A DNA stretch of 64,000 bases from a bacterium (GTDB lineage Bacteria; Electryoneota; Electryoneia; Electryoneales; Electryoneaceae): positions 192,001 to 256,000 of the forward strand of contig OY769902.1 in NCBI GenBank assembly GCA_963669175.1, in the 5' to 3' direction. This document shows positions 10,280 through 20,174 of the stretch, piece by piece. Below the pieces are notes generated by a model. It was not told the origin of the DNA. It worked only from the letters and a program-made list of their open reading frames with translations, and ran no database searches. Both the position numbers and the translations under genes were made by a program. Numbering within the stretch: position 1 is the first letter of the stretch; each line of letters begins with the position of its first letter.

Positions 10280-12424
10280 ATGAATCCCCGGCTGTATGCC
10301 GCTCGACGTGAAGAGGATTTGCCATTTGCTCTTGTCGGGTTGGTTCTCAGCCTGATTGTCGCGTTTGACCGTTTCCTTCCCTATTCCATGCCTGAACTGG
10401 CGATTATTCTTATTGTCATTCTCATTTTCATGCGGGTGCTGGCACGTCAGACAACTGTGCTTGTACAGGTGGGCATGTGGACAATCAAACGTCCCCTTCG
10501 CCCCCTGCTGTTATACCACGAAACCGAGCTTGCCAGTATCGAAGTGATTCGAAAAGGACGCTTCGGCAAACGGATTCGCCTGTTATTTCACCGGAATGAT
10601 GAATTGCAACCGGTTGACTTGCATATGGGATCGTTTGATCCGGTGCAATTTCTTTCTGATATACAAGCCGTCTACCCCGAAAAGCTGGATGAATCTGCCC
10701 AGGAATTTCTGGCGCTTAACACAGTAAGTCATCCCTCCCGGATCACCGGGTGGTTCGCCCTGCTGGGGGCGTCGATTCTTGGATTTGACCTGTTGTTACT
10801 GCACTGGCTTCCTTATACAACAAGCCGACCACAGGCTCACGGAATCCAGGTATTCAACAACCTCGCTCCGCTCCTGAGTTGTGCGCTCGCCATGCTGTCG
10901 ATGTACGTCCGTTTCTTTCGTGCAAGGTGGTCACGTCCCTCTGAAGCCTGGTCAACAGCAGCCATACTAATCCTGCTGTTTGTGACCTATCCAGTTGTGC
11001 AGGCCTGGTCTGGCGTCATCGCGCGTCCCCATATCGTGGAAGCCAGTATCGCTGCTCTTTGCCTTGTATTGATCGGCGCCGGTATTCATTCGCTCTTTTT
11101 TCCCGGATGGCGTGGCGCGGCTGTGGTTTACCTGTTGGCAGCTCTCAGTTTTGCCGGGGGACGACACTATGTACTCTCTGTCCCATTCCAGCTAAGCGGC
11201 ACGTTCGGCAGGCTGGACGGCAACCTCCTGGACTTCGGCTGGTGGGATGGGGAACACCCTTTCCTGTACAGCATTGAAAGCCCTGCGATTGATACGTTGA
11301 TCGCCACACGATACAGCGCCAGCGGCGAAACGCTGGACAGTATCCGCTTCGCTTTGCCGAAGAAAGAACATTCGTACTTGATGCAGTATCGCATGGGTAA
11401 GCTGCATCCGTTATGCAATGGTGACTGGGTAGAAACCGGTGGGGATTACCTGGCGATTCGATCATCAGGCAAGGATATTCCCGATACTCTCTGGCGTAAA
11501 TCTGGGGATGTGCTGGGAAAGCCTATCGAATTAGATCAGGCAATGGTTTCACCCAACGCAGATCGTTTTGTCTGGAAACCGCCCTCTCGTGAAGGAATCC
11601 TGTTCGGAAGACTGGAAACTTTGGAAACAGACAGTCTTCCCGGAACAGCCTGGAAAATCGACACGCTGCAATTGGAAGAACATGAAAGCGTACTCGGTAT
11701 CCTTGGCTGGCTTTCTAACGACAAACTGACGTATACCACCAGTGTAAGTAAAGCTTTTGAGCGGTCCTATGTCAGCTTGAATGAAGGCACAATGAACCTT
11801 GAAGTCTCACCTCCCGTTATCCAGCCAACTGAACTGTATCGTGATGAGAGAATCACCTGGCATGATATGAGTCTTTCGCAGTATGGGGTCGTCTTCTCTG
11901 GTGTCGGCCTGGACTCGAATGACAATCACATTCCCTACATCTTGTATCCGGGAAAATCGCCTGAGATAATACGACCGGATGAACAATCTGCATCAGCCTC
12001 ACCATGGGTGGCATTTGACACTCAGTGGATATCGGAAACCGAGACGTATCTGCTTATCAACGAGCAAAATCGAGAGGATTCAAAATATCATATCTGTGTT
12101 CATAGTCAAGGCTCGCTTGAAAAAGTGTACACGCTGAAGCAGGGGATACCAATCGACGTCTCCATAAACAATGGGAAGATTTTCCTCCTGATCCGCAAGT
12201 TATACCGTTATGAGTGGCTGGTTTTGGGAAAGGACGCTCATGGTCAATGGAAAGTGGACTTCACGGCGTGGACATTTGCCCTGTACAACAACCTTTCAAT
12301 TGGCACAACCACGATGCAGGGCAATCGGATTTTCGCTGATAATCACATGCACTTTATACTCCCTTACAAAACCATGCCGGACCTGACAGAAGAAAGCGAC
12401 TTCGCCATCTGGCGGATTAAATAG
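10280..12424 (+). CDS. Hypothetical multi-pass membrane protein with a large extracytoplasmic C-terminal domain
   Basis: AGGAGG RBS before the ATG at 10280; about 7 hydrophobic segments followed by a beta-rich soluble region. Confidence 0.7.
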   Translation: MNPRLYAARREEDLPFALVGLVLSLIVAFDRFLPYSMPELAIILIVILIFMRVLARQTTVLVQVGMWTIKRPLRPLLLYHETELASIEVIRKGRFGKRIRLLFHRNDELQPVDLHMGSFDPVQFLSDIQAVYPEKLDESAQEFLALNTVSHPSRITGWFALLGASILGFDLLLLHWLPYTTSRPQAHGIQVFNNLAPLLSCALAMLSMYVRFFRARWSRPSEAWSTAAILILLFVTYPVVQAWSGVIARPHIVEASIAALCLVLIGAGIHSLFFPGWRGAAVVYLLAALSFAGGRHYVLSVPFQLSGTFGRLDGNLLDFGWWDGEHPFLYSIESPAIDTLIATRYSASGETLDSIRFALPKKEHSYLMQYRMGKLHPLCNGDWVETGGDYLAIRSSGKDIPDTLWRKSGDVLGKPIELDQAMVSPNADRFVWKPPSREGILFGRLETLETDSLPGTAWKIDTLQLEEHESVLGILGWLSNDKLTYTTSVSKAFERSYVSLNEGTMNLEVSPPVIQPTELYRDERITWHDMSLSQYGVVFSGVGLDSNDNHIPYILYPGKSPEIIRPDEQSASASPWVAFDTQWISETETYLLINEQNREDSKYHICVHSQGSLEKVYTLKQGIPIDVSINNGKIFLLIRKLYRYEWLVLGKDAHGQWKVDFTAWTFALYNNLSIGTTTMQGNRIFADNHMHFILPYKTMPDLTEESDFAIWRIK

Positions 12425-12443
12425 AGGACAAGCGCCTCTTATT

Positions 12444-13241
12444 TTGAGGAAAACAGCGCTGCAACCCTTATCCAAAGCGATTCTTTTCACTACAGGTGAC
12501 AACCTCGCCCTGATCCGTCCCCTGGAGCTGGGTTTCATCAAGCACCTGCGCGGGCAGTTGAAACTTGAGATCTGCCGTCTTGGGCGGGTAGCATCCCTGT
12601 TTACCGCGTACCATGAGGCCGCTCTTCATTTTACAGATCCGGATACTCTGCTGATATTCTGTCATGAGGATATCCGTCCCCTGATCATGCCCGATTTACC
12701 GGCAAAACCCACAATAGGGTATACGCCAGAGACCGAATGGTTCAGACCGGCGATTGATCATCCGACCGCATGGGTTGAAGTCGTCAAGAATCTGGCAATG
12801 TGTAAGGATTCCGGCTGGATGGGTGTTGCCGGTTCACGTGGCATTACCAAAGGCTACCCGTGGTGGCAGTATCCTGATCTGTCCGGGAGTACGGTGCATG
12901 CCATGCCCAGGGGCCAAATAACCTTGAATACGTATGGCAACTGGGGACGTGCTGCCGTGCTGGATGGCATGTGCCTGATGATTCGCAGCAGCGCGTATCG
13001 GAAGCTGGCTCCGCCTGATCCTCGTTGGGGCGGTTTTCACTATTATGACATGGATATGTGCCTGCGAGCGCATGCCGTCGGGCTGAAGAATTGGACTGTT
13101 CCGCTGGTGCTGGTGCATGACCGGAGCGGGGCGCGAACCTCGCCCGGCAAAAAGGCTTTTCATGAGGGGCGTGAACTGTTTGAAACTATTCATGGAGACC
13201 AGCTTCCACTCATTGTTCCTTTTGAAACATTCCCCTTTTGA
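12444..13241 (+). CDS. Glycosyltransferase family 2-like protein
   Basis: LIFCHEDI, GVAG, VLDGMCLMI and GFHYYDMDMCLRA motifs. Confidence 0.78.
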   Translation: MRKTALQPLSKAILFTTGDNLALIRPLELGFIKHLRGQLKLEICRLGRVASLFTAYHEAALHFTDPDTLLIFCHEDIRPLIMPDLPAKPTIGYTPETEWFRPAIDHPTAWVEVVKNLAMCKDSGWMGVAGSRGITKGYPWWQYPDLSGSTVHAMPRGQITLNTYGNWGRAAVLDGMCLMIRSSAYRKLAPPDPRWGGFHYYDMDMCLRAHAVGLKNWTVPLVLVHDRSGARTSPGKKAFHEGRELFETIHGDQLPLIVPFETFPF

Positions 13242-13301
13242 ACTTGTGCCTTCCTTCATCCCTTCGTAGCTTCCGGGATAGTTATTATTGTGGAGAGTGT
13301 T

Positions 13302-13715
13302 GTGAGCAAAACACCAGACTGGGTGGAAGCAGTCGCACGTATCCTGTTGGGAGGGCTCTTCCTTCTGGAGGCCGGACGCGGGCTGATTCACCCGGGACAT
13401 GTGATGCGTGAATTGATCGCCGCTGGTGTGCCTGGAGTGCCTGCGACTTTTGTCGTTGGTTTGACATTGATCCTGATAGGCAGCCTGGGGTTGATTCTTG
13501 GATATCGTACCCGGACAGCATGCATCTCGCTCGGCATTGTTCTACTGGTACAGATTCTGTTTCTCTATCCTCCCTGGAATCTGACGGCCACGTCTGGAGT
13601 ACCCTTATTGTCCCGTGTCGGCATCTTGGGGGGGCTTCTCCTGATCCTCTTTCACGGCCCCGGTCCGATATCCTTTGATGCACACAAGCTGGTTCCTGTT
13701 CGTCGGAAACTATAA
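13302..13715 (+). CDS. DoxX family membrane protein
   Basis: ARILLGGLFL, LILGYRTR, GGLLLI...GPGPISFD. Confidence 0.85.
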   Translation: MSKTPDWVEAVARILLGGLFLLEAGRGLIHPGHVMRELIAAGVPGVPATFVVGLTLILIGSLGLILGYRTRTACISLGIVLLVQILFLYPPWNLTATSGVPLLSRVGILGGLLLILFHGPGPISFDAHKLVPVRRKL

Positions 13716-13798
13716 TTTACCTTCAGGTGTTTTATTTGGGGCTGGATCAATCCGATCCCGTCCAGTTGGCGTGCGATGCAAAGTAAGCGAGGATGCGG

Positions 13799-15691
13799 AT
13801 GGCATACCGATTCCTTGAACATATCCAACGGGGAGTGCTGCTGGGTGACGGTGCAATGGGCACCCAACTTTATGAACGTGGTGTATATGTAAACCGCAAC
13901 TATGACGACCTCAACCTCACCGACCCGCACCTGATCAAGGCTATTTACCGGGATTACGTCAGCGCCGGTTCACGCATCATCGAGACCAACACATTTGGCG
14001 CGAATCCCTTCAAACTTGGCAAACATGGTCTCGCGGACCGCACCTTCGATATCAACAAGAAAGGTGTTGAAATCGCCCGTCGTTGCGCAGAGGAAGGCGC
14101 AGGCGTGATGGTTGCCGGTTCTATCGGTCCCCTGGGAAAACCCATCGCACCCATTGGAAAAATCGGAAAAGCAGAAGCCTTTGACGCTTATCGTTCACAA
14201 GTCAAAGGCATCCTGGCTGGTGGTGGTGTTGATGTTTTCATGCTGGAAACCTTCCTTGATCTGCATGAGATTCAGCTTGCCATAGAAGCCATCCGTGAAC
14301 TATCGGATTTGCCGATTGCAGCCCTGATGACCATCGACAGCTCGGGCTTGACCGCCTATGGACGCACCCCGGAGCAAATCGCCGGCGCCCTTTCCGCTGA
14401 ACCGGTGGATGTAATCGGGTTGAACTGCTCCACCGGTCCGCTGGCCATTCTCGATGCCATTAAAAAAATGCGGGAAGTTACGGACAAACCGCTGGCGGCA
14501 TTCCCAAACGCCGGTGAACCGAAACTGGTTGAAGGCCGTATTCTGTACCTGTCCACCCCGGAATACTTTGCGGAGTATACCAAGCGGCTGATTCAACATG
14601 GTGTCACCTTTGTCGGCGGTTGCTGCGGAACAACCCCGAAACACATCAAGTTCATGGCGTCCGCGGTCCGCGCCCTGCAACCGGCGGAACAGAAGCTCCA
14701 GATTGCCGTATCACAGTTAGACAAGTCTACGGGTGATGACGATACCGAGCTGGAACTGGCGCCACGCGGCGAGCGTTCCGCCCTGGGAAAACTGCTCGAC
14801 GATGGTGTGTTCCCGGTTTCGGTGGAAGTACATCCGCCACGCAGCCCAAATCCGGCAAAAATCCTGGCTCAGGCGCAACAACTGAAAGAGGCCGGGATCA
14901 ATGTTGTCAACATCCCGGACGGCCCACGTGCTTCGGCACGCATGAGCCCGGTGGCGCTGGCGCATCTTATCTGCCAGAAAACCGGAATGGACACCATTCT
15001 GCATTACACTTGTCGTGACCGGAACATCCTGGGCATGCAATCAGACCTGCTTGGCGCGGAGGCGTTGTGCATCAGCAATATTCTCGTAGTGACCGGCGAT
15101 CCTCCCAAGTTGGGTGATTACCCCATGGCCAGCGCGGTGTTCGATGTGGATGCAATTGGTTTGCTCCGTATCGCCTCGAATCTTAATCGCGGACGTGATT
15201 TGGCGGGAAATCCAATTCCTCAGCCGACATCATTTTTCCTGGGCGCGGGATTTAATCCGGCTGCGATTGATCTGGCCCTGGAAGTGGATCGACTACATCA
15301 GAAAATAGAGGCTGGCGCTGAGTACATTCTTACCCAGCCTGTCTTTGACCAGGAAAAGCTGTTTTTCGCGTTTGAAAAGACCGGAAAGATTGATGTTCCG
15401 GTATTCGTTGGTATATTACCTCTTGCCAGTTTCCGTAACGCGGAATTCTTCCATAACGAAGTACCGGGTATGGAAGTGCCGAACGTCATTCGTGAACGGA
15501 TGCGTGTTGCCAGTGAAAAAGGCAAGGAGTATGCTTCGGCCGAGGGCATTGCCATCGCCCAGGAATCGTTGTGTGCGACACGAAAGCTGGTGCAGGGCGC
15601 CTACATTATGCCACCCTTCGGGAGGGTGGAACTGGCGATAGAGACAGTGAAGATTTTAGAGCTTAATCCGCAGAAATCATGCGGTGATTAG
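13799..15691 (+). CDS. yitJ: Bifunctional homocysteine S-methyltransferase / 5,10-methylenetetrahydrofolate reductase
   Basis: DGAMGT, TNTFGAN, GLNC and GGCCGTTP in the N-half; HYTCRDRN, TGDPPK and LTQPVF in the MTHFR half. Confidence 0.92.
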   Translation: MAYRFLEHIQRGVLLGDGAMGTQLYERGVYVNRNYDDLNLTDPHLIKAIYRDYVSAGSRIIETNTFGANPFKLGKHGLADRTFDINKKGVEIARRCAEEGAGVMVAGSIGPLGKPIAPIGKIGKAEAFDAYRSQVKGILAGGGVDVFMLETFLDLHEIQLAIEAIRELSDLPIAALMTIDSSGLTAYGRTPEQIAGALSAEPVDVIGLNCSTGPLAILDAIKKMREVTDKPLAAFPNAGEPKLVEGRILYLSTPEYFAEYTKRLIQHGVTFVGGCCGTTPKHIKFMASAVRALQPAEQKLQIAVSQLDKSTGDDDTELELAPRGERSALGKLLDDGVFPVSVEVHPPRSPNPAKILAQAQQLKEAGINVVNIPDGPRASARMSPVALAHLICQKTGMDTILHYTCRDRNILGMQSDLLGAEALCISNILVVTGDPPKLGDYPMASAVFDVDAIGLLRIASNLNRGRDLAGNPIPQPTSFFLGAGFNPAAIDLALEVDRLHQKIEAGAEYILTQPVFDQEKLFFAFEKTGKIDVPVFVGILPLASFRNAEFFHNEVPGMEVPNVIRERMRVASEKGKEYASAEGIAIAQESLCATRKLVQGAYIMPPFGRVELAIETVKILELNPQKSCGD

Positions 15692-15705
15692 TGGAGGAGT
15701 ACAGA

Positions 15706-16563
15706 ATGGCGCTTCAAAAGGGAGTCGTGTGGATTACCGGCGCCTCGGTTGGTATTGGGGCAGCAACTGCTCGGGTAATGGCAAAACGTGGCTGGGCGGT
15801 AGCAGCCAGCGCGCGCAATAAAGACCAGCTTGAAGCGCTTGCGAAGAAATACAGGAATATTCATCCCTACCCGCTCGATGTCGCCGATCCGGTGGCGCGC
15901 AGGGAAGTATACCGGAAAATTCGCGCTGATCTTGGCCCGATAGATGTACTGGTCAACAACGCCGGGTTCGGATTACGTGGCGCGGTGGAAGAAATCGAAT
16001 TCGCCCAGCTTCGCAACATGTATGATGTGAATATCTTCGCTCCCCTCGCCTTGACCAAGCTGGTCCTGCCGGACATGCGCAAACGTCGCGATGGTCGTAT
16101 TGTCATGGTCTCCAGCGTGGTTGGACGTGTCGCCAATCCTTTCAGTGGCGCCTATTCCTCCAGCAAATTCGCTCTTGAGGGGTTAAGCGATGCCCTGCGT
16201 CGTGAGGTTCGTCCCTGGGGGATCAAGGTTATCCTCGTGGAACCGGGGCCAATCGCGACCGAATTTGGCAAACGTGCTCGCAATGGTTCTGAATCAAAAC
16301 TGCTGAGCAAGGATAGCCCCTACGCTCCGTATTACGAAAAAGAACTGGACAAAACTGTCGTTCCGCCGAGGATGTTCTGGGGGCCATCGACTGTGGCAGA
16401 AGCCATTCGTGACGCTATCGAAAATAAAAAGCCCTGCACTCGTTACCCGGTCCACTGGGTTGCATGGTTGATGCCTTTCCTGGATCGTATCCTGCCCACA
16501 TCACTACTGGACAGGATCATGGGAATGCGGCATGGATTAAACAAGCCGGCAGTCTGGCAATAA
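15706..16563 (+). CDS. Short-chain dehydrogenase/reductase
   Basis: TGASVGIG, NNAG, YSSSK. Confidence 0.93.
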   Translation: MALQKGVVWITGASVGIGAATARVMAKRGWAVAASARNKDQLEALAKKYRNIHPYPLDVADPVARREVYRKIRADLGPIDVLVNNAGFGLRGAVEEIEFAQLRNMYDVNIFAPLALTKLVLPDMRKRRDGRIVMVSSVVGRVANPFSGAYSSSKFALEGLSDALRREVRPWGIKVILVEPGPIATEFGKRARNGSESKLLSKDSPYAPYYEKELDKTVVPPRMFWGPSTVAEAIRDAIENKKPCTRYPVHWVAWLMPFLDRILPTSLLDRIMGMRHGLNKPAVWQ

Positions 16564-16576
16564 CAGAAACACTCCC

Positions 16577-17293
16577 ATGGCAATTCAGAGACAAGAATAC
16601 ACAGCGGCGGCGATCCTGTTGGCTTCCCTGCCCGGTGAAGAACTGCATGCGCGTCGTCCCCTGGCGACCATTGAGCTTGACCACAAACCGATTTTCGTTC
16701 ACGGCGTTGACAGCTTGCTGGAATCAGGGCGTTTTCGCGAAGTCATCGTCCTGATGCACCGTTTCTGGATCATGCAGTCCGTGGAAATCGCCGACCAATG
16801 GCAACTGAAAGCCGTGCATCATATCCTCGCAGGCGAGGATCATGAGATCAATACACTGAAACGTGGCCTGTCTGTAGTACACAAAGCGTACGATGTGGTC
16901 GGGGTACATGACGGCTCGCGTCCCCTTCCCCCTTCCGACCTGGTCGGCCGGGTCATGGATACTGCCCATGTGCAGGGATTGGCTGCGCTGGTCAGGGAAC
17001 TGGGGCCGGGGGAACAACCGGTTGATCGTGATCGTATGTTTACCTTCGAGGGTAAAACATATTCGTTTCAGAGTCCGGTCGGTTTTCGGCTCGATGTGCT
17101 GAAGAAGCTGGTAGAGACCATAGAACCGGAAGTAGATTCTTTTGACCACTGGGTGATCTCGCTGATTGAACAGGGGATTCCTGTCGATCTGATACCATCC
17201 GGTGAGAATAACCCGCGAATATGTACGCCGGATGACCTGGAGCGATGCCAGGATCATATCAAGTACCTGGCAAAACAACGAAAGATGGGGTAG
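16577..17293 (+). CDS. IspD/TarI-like cytidylyltransferase-fold protein, degenerate
   Basis: VHDGSRP, QSPVGF and NPRICTPDDL match IspD, but the AAGxGxR...PK loop is replaced by ASLPGEELHARRPL. Confidence 0.7.
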   Translation: MAIQRQEYTAAAILLASLPGEELHARRPLATIELDHKPIFVHGVDSLLESGRFREVIVLMHRFWIMQSVEIADQWQLKAVHHILAGEDHEINTLKRGLSVVHKAYDVVGVHDGSRPLPPSDLVGRVMDTAHVQGLAALVRELGPGEQPVDRDRMFTFEGKTYSFQSPVGFRLDVLKKLVETIEPEVDSFDHWVISLIEQGIPVDLIPSGENNPRICTPDDLERCQDHIKYLAKQRKMG

Positions 17294-17354
17294 ACGGGGA
17301 GATAACTTTCAGGATGTTGGGGACTCGGGAGAATCAGTTCGGGAGGATACCGCT

Positions 17355-20174
17355 TTGAAGAAGCGTACTCTCCTGATAGGGTTGATCATCGTGGTGGTTG
17401 CGGTGGTGACCAGCCAGCTTGCTTCCGGGATAAAGGCAAACCCGCTTACTTCTCTCCTGGTTGATGCGTTCTTCTTTACCCTCGCTTACGTCCTTCTGGG
17501 CAAAGTTCCCGCCGCAGAGAATACCGGACGTGAAACCACACGTTTTGCCCTTGGTGGACTGGTATTCCTGGTTTCTCTGCAATCCTATACTCTTGTAGTC
17601 TGGCTGCTGGGCAATGCGGATGACAGCGCAACCGTTCTCCTGTGGTTATACCTTGCACGACTGGGGCCGATCCTGGGCGCGACCTGGAGTATACGCTCCC
17701 TCCTGCGGCTGGGGGGAGATTACTGGCAACACAGACGAAAACGCATTGTCACCTTCGGTGTAATCCTTGTTTTTCTCGTTCTGAGTTCCGCGCCATTACC
17801 ACTCAGTGTGATCGTATCTGTCCTTGTTTCCCTTTTTGTCATACCGGGAAAATGGCTGGAGGAGCTGGAAGAGGGCTACCGGTGGTGGCTGCCACTACTG
17901 TTTTTTATCGCCCCGGTTGTAGCGATCATCTTTTTGGGACAACTGAGTCCGGAATTCCTGAATAACCTGCAAATCAATGATCCGGAGTTGCAGGAATCCT
18001 TCGAAGAAATCCTGAAATCACGGCACCTCTTCCAGGAAAACTGGGAAAACATTGAATCCGGCGCAACCCTGCTTACACAGGCATGCCTGATCCTGTCCAT
18101 TTACTGGATGCTGCTTCCGGTTCGCATTCTGCTGGGCGCTATTCAGGGAACACTGGGATTACGTATTCCCATCTGGACGAAAATGTCCTTTACCTACATC
18201 TTTAGCACCATCATTCCCACTGTATTGCTGCTGGCGCTGGTAAGCGTCGCCATTTACGCCGGTATGGGAATTATGCGTTCACGCATGGTTCGAACGCTTG
18301 TCTTCGAAGATCTGAATACCCTGGGGCAGATCGCACGCGAGGAGAGTTGTGCAAAAATTTCCCTGCTCGACTCGGTCGCCCTGGGGGTGTACGAACGATC
18401 CGTGCCAAGACAGTCTGTACCTTCCAGTATGCCGCCAAGTATGTTGCCCTATGGCGATCACCTGTCCATGGTGGGACCGGGCATGGATCGTTTTGGCAAT
18501 ACGCAGCCACAGCCAAGCCTCGCTACGCAACCTGAAAGCCCGGATTTCACTTTTCCGGGACTGATTGGTTTGACCAGCCTGATGTCACTTGATGAACATT
18601 CAGGCGACTTCTGGGTCTGCCGTAAAAAGTTGTCTACAACATGGGAAGTACCGGACACCCTTTCCGAGATACCGGGCTGGACGGATTCCACACGCTATCG
18701 CACTGCGATTCTGCCCCTGGAAAACAATAACGCGACCTATGCCGCAGCAGCAGCCTTTGACGACAATCCCAACATGATCCGGGTTGCCTTACGCAGGCTG
18801 ACACCACATGTGTTGAAAAAATACAAGAAAGTTGTGCGAACCGATATCACCATTCTTCCCACAATAGGGATTATCGGGAAAACGGATGGTGGCGAAGTGG
18901 ACAATGAGCTGCGCATTGGCAGTAACAACGATGCGCCAGCCGTTACCATGACCGGCGAGAAAGTGCTGACACTGAGCGCAGTATCCACACTGGATGAAAG
19001 TGCAGATTCTGCTGTTTCTCTTCTGAGACGCTCCATGTATCATGGCGTATCCGAACTTGTTTCCGAAGAAGCGGATGGCGAAACCGGCCATTTTTACGGC
19101 CTCATCACCGTTCACAGTTCTATCGGACAGGTGGTTTCTACCCTGTTCGGTCCCGAAGGTCTCAGCATTGTAATTCTCTGGCTGCTTGGCGCACTTACCT
19201 TGTTGCTGTTGCTTGCAGTCATTATTTCAAGTGTGTTGGGCCTGGGAATCAGCCGTTCCATTACCAATGCAGTCAAACGCTTGCGTGTCGGAACCGAACA
19301 GCTTAGAAAAGGTGATCTCACCACACGCATTCAAGTTAGAAGCCGGGATGAGCTGGGCGAACTGGCGGTCAGCTTCAACCGGATGACCGCCGATCTGAGC
19401 CGGATGCTGCTGGAAATGAAAGAAAAGGAACGGCTCGAGCAGGAAATGCAGATCGCCCGCTCAATTCAGCTTAATCTTTTGCCCAAAGCATTACCACGCC
19501 TTCCTGAATATGAGTTCGCCGCTACTAGTGAACCGGCGCTCGAAGTGGCGGGAGATTATTACGATTGCCTGCAACTTGAAGACGGCAAAATCCTGCTTGC
19601 GGTTGGCGATGTAACGGGCAAAGGCGCTGCGGCGGCCATGCTGATGAGTAACTTGCAGGCCTCACTGCGTGTCTTGATCAGTGCGGACCTGGATCTCCCC
19701 GCGATCTCCAAACGCCTGAACCATATCATTTATCAGAATTCAACGCCCGATATGTTCATCACGTTTTTCGTCGCATTGCTTGATCCGGAAGAAAACAGCC
19801 TCACATTTGTAAATTGCGGACACGACTATCCTCTTTTACTGCAGAATGGCGAGTTGAACCGCTTGACCTCGGGCGGACTTATGCTGGGAGCGTTGCCATC
19901 GGCTGATTACGAAGTCGGGTCCATGACGCTCGCGCAAGGTGACATTTTCCTGGCCTATTCCGATGGTCTTACAGAAGCGATGAACCTGGAAGAAGAGGAA
20001 TTCGGCGAAACGCGTTTGATCGAATCCTTGAAGAAATACGCCTTCATGTCTGCCAACGATATCAAGCGACGCATCCTGCAGGAAGTACGTGCTTTTGCCG
20101 GACGAGAACGTGCGGCGGCTGATGACCTGACCCTCCTGATTATGAAACGATCCAACAGGGAGGATGGTTCGTGA
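17355..20174 (+). CDS. Multi-TM HAMP + SpoIIE/RsbU PP2C phosphatase
   Basis: GGAGG at 17342 supports a TTG start at 17355; many TM helices, HAMP (DELGELAVSFNRM), intact AGDYYD, GDVTGKG, SDGLTEA and DDLT. Confidence 0.9.
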   Translation: MKKRTLLIGLIIVVVAVVTSQLASGIKANPLTSLLVDAFFFTLAYVLLGKVPAAENTGRETTRFALGGLVFLVSLQSYTLVVWLLGNADDSATVLLWLYLARLGPILGATWSIRSLLRLGGDYWQHRRKRIVTFGVILVFLVLSSAPLPLSVIVSVLVSLFVIPGKWLEELEEGYRWWLPLLFFIAPVVAIIFLGQLSPEFLNNLQINDPELQESFEEILKSRHLFQENWENIESGATLLTQACLILSIYWMLLPVRILLGAIQGTLGLRIPIWTKMSFTYIFSTIIPTVLLLALVSVAIYAGMGIMRSRMVRTLVFEDLNTLGQIAREESCAKISLLDSVALGVYERSVPRQSVPSSMPPSMLPYGDHLSMVGPGMDRFGNTQPQPSLATQPESPDFTFPGLIGLTSLMSLDEHSGDFWVCRKKLSTTWEVPDTLSEIPGWTDSTRYRTAILPLENNNATYAAAAAFDDNPNMIRVALRRLTPHVLKKYKKVVRTDITILPTIGIIGKTDGGEVDNELRIGSNNDAPAVTMTGEKVLTLSAVSTLDESADSAVSLLRRSMYHGVSELVSEEADGETGHFYGLITVHSSIGQVVSTLFGPEGLSIVILWLLGALTLLLLLAVIISSVLGLGISRSITNAVKRLRVGTEQLRKGDLTTRIQVRSRDELGELAVSFNRMTADLSRMLLEMKEKERLEQEMQIARSIQLNLLPKALPRLPEYEFAATSEPALEVAGDYYDCLQLEDGKILLAVGDVTGKGAAAAMLMSNLQASLRVLISADLDLPAISKRLNHIIYQNSTPDMFITFFVALLDPEENSLTFVNCGHDYPLLLQNGELNRLTSGGLMLGALPSADYEVGSMTLAQGDIFLAYSDGLTEAMNLEEEEFGETRLIESLKKYAFMSANDIKRRILQEVRAFAGRERAAADDLTLLIMKRSNREDGS

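Noticed and set aside
13716-13798. SAM riboswitch upstream of yitJ
   Set aside because: The gap is only about 80 bp and no SAM-I consensus elements are visible.
17202-17354. N-terminal extension of the SpoIIE ORF (similarly 3626-3700, 4232-4297, 28765-28869, 38394-38504)
   Set aside because: Downstream starts have clear SD sites and begin with signal or TM segments; the extensions overlap neighbours or look non-coding.
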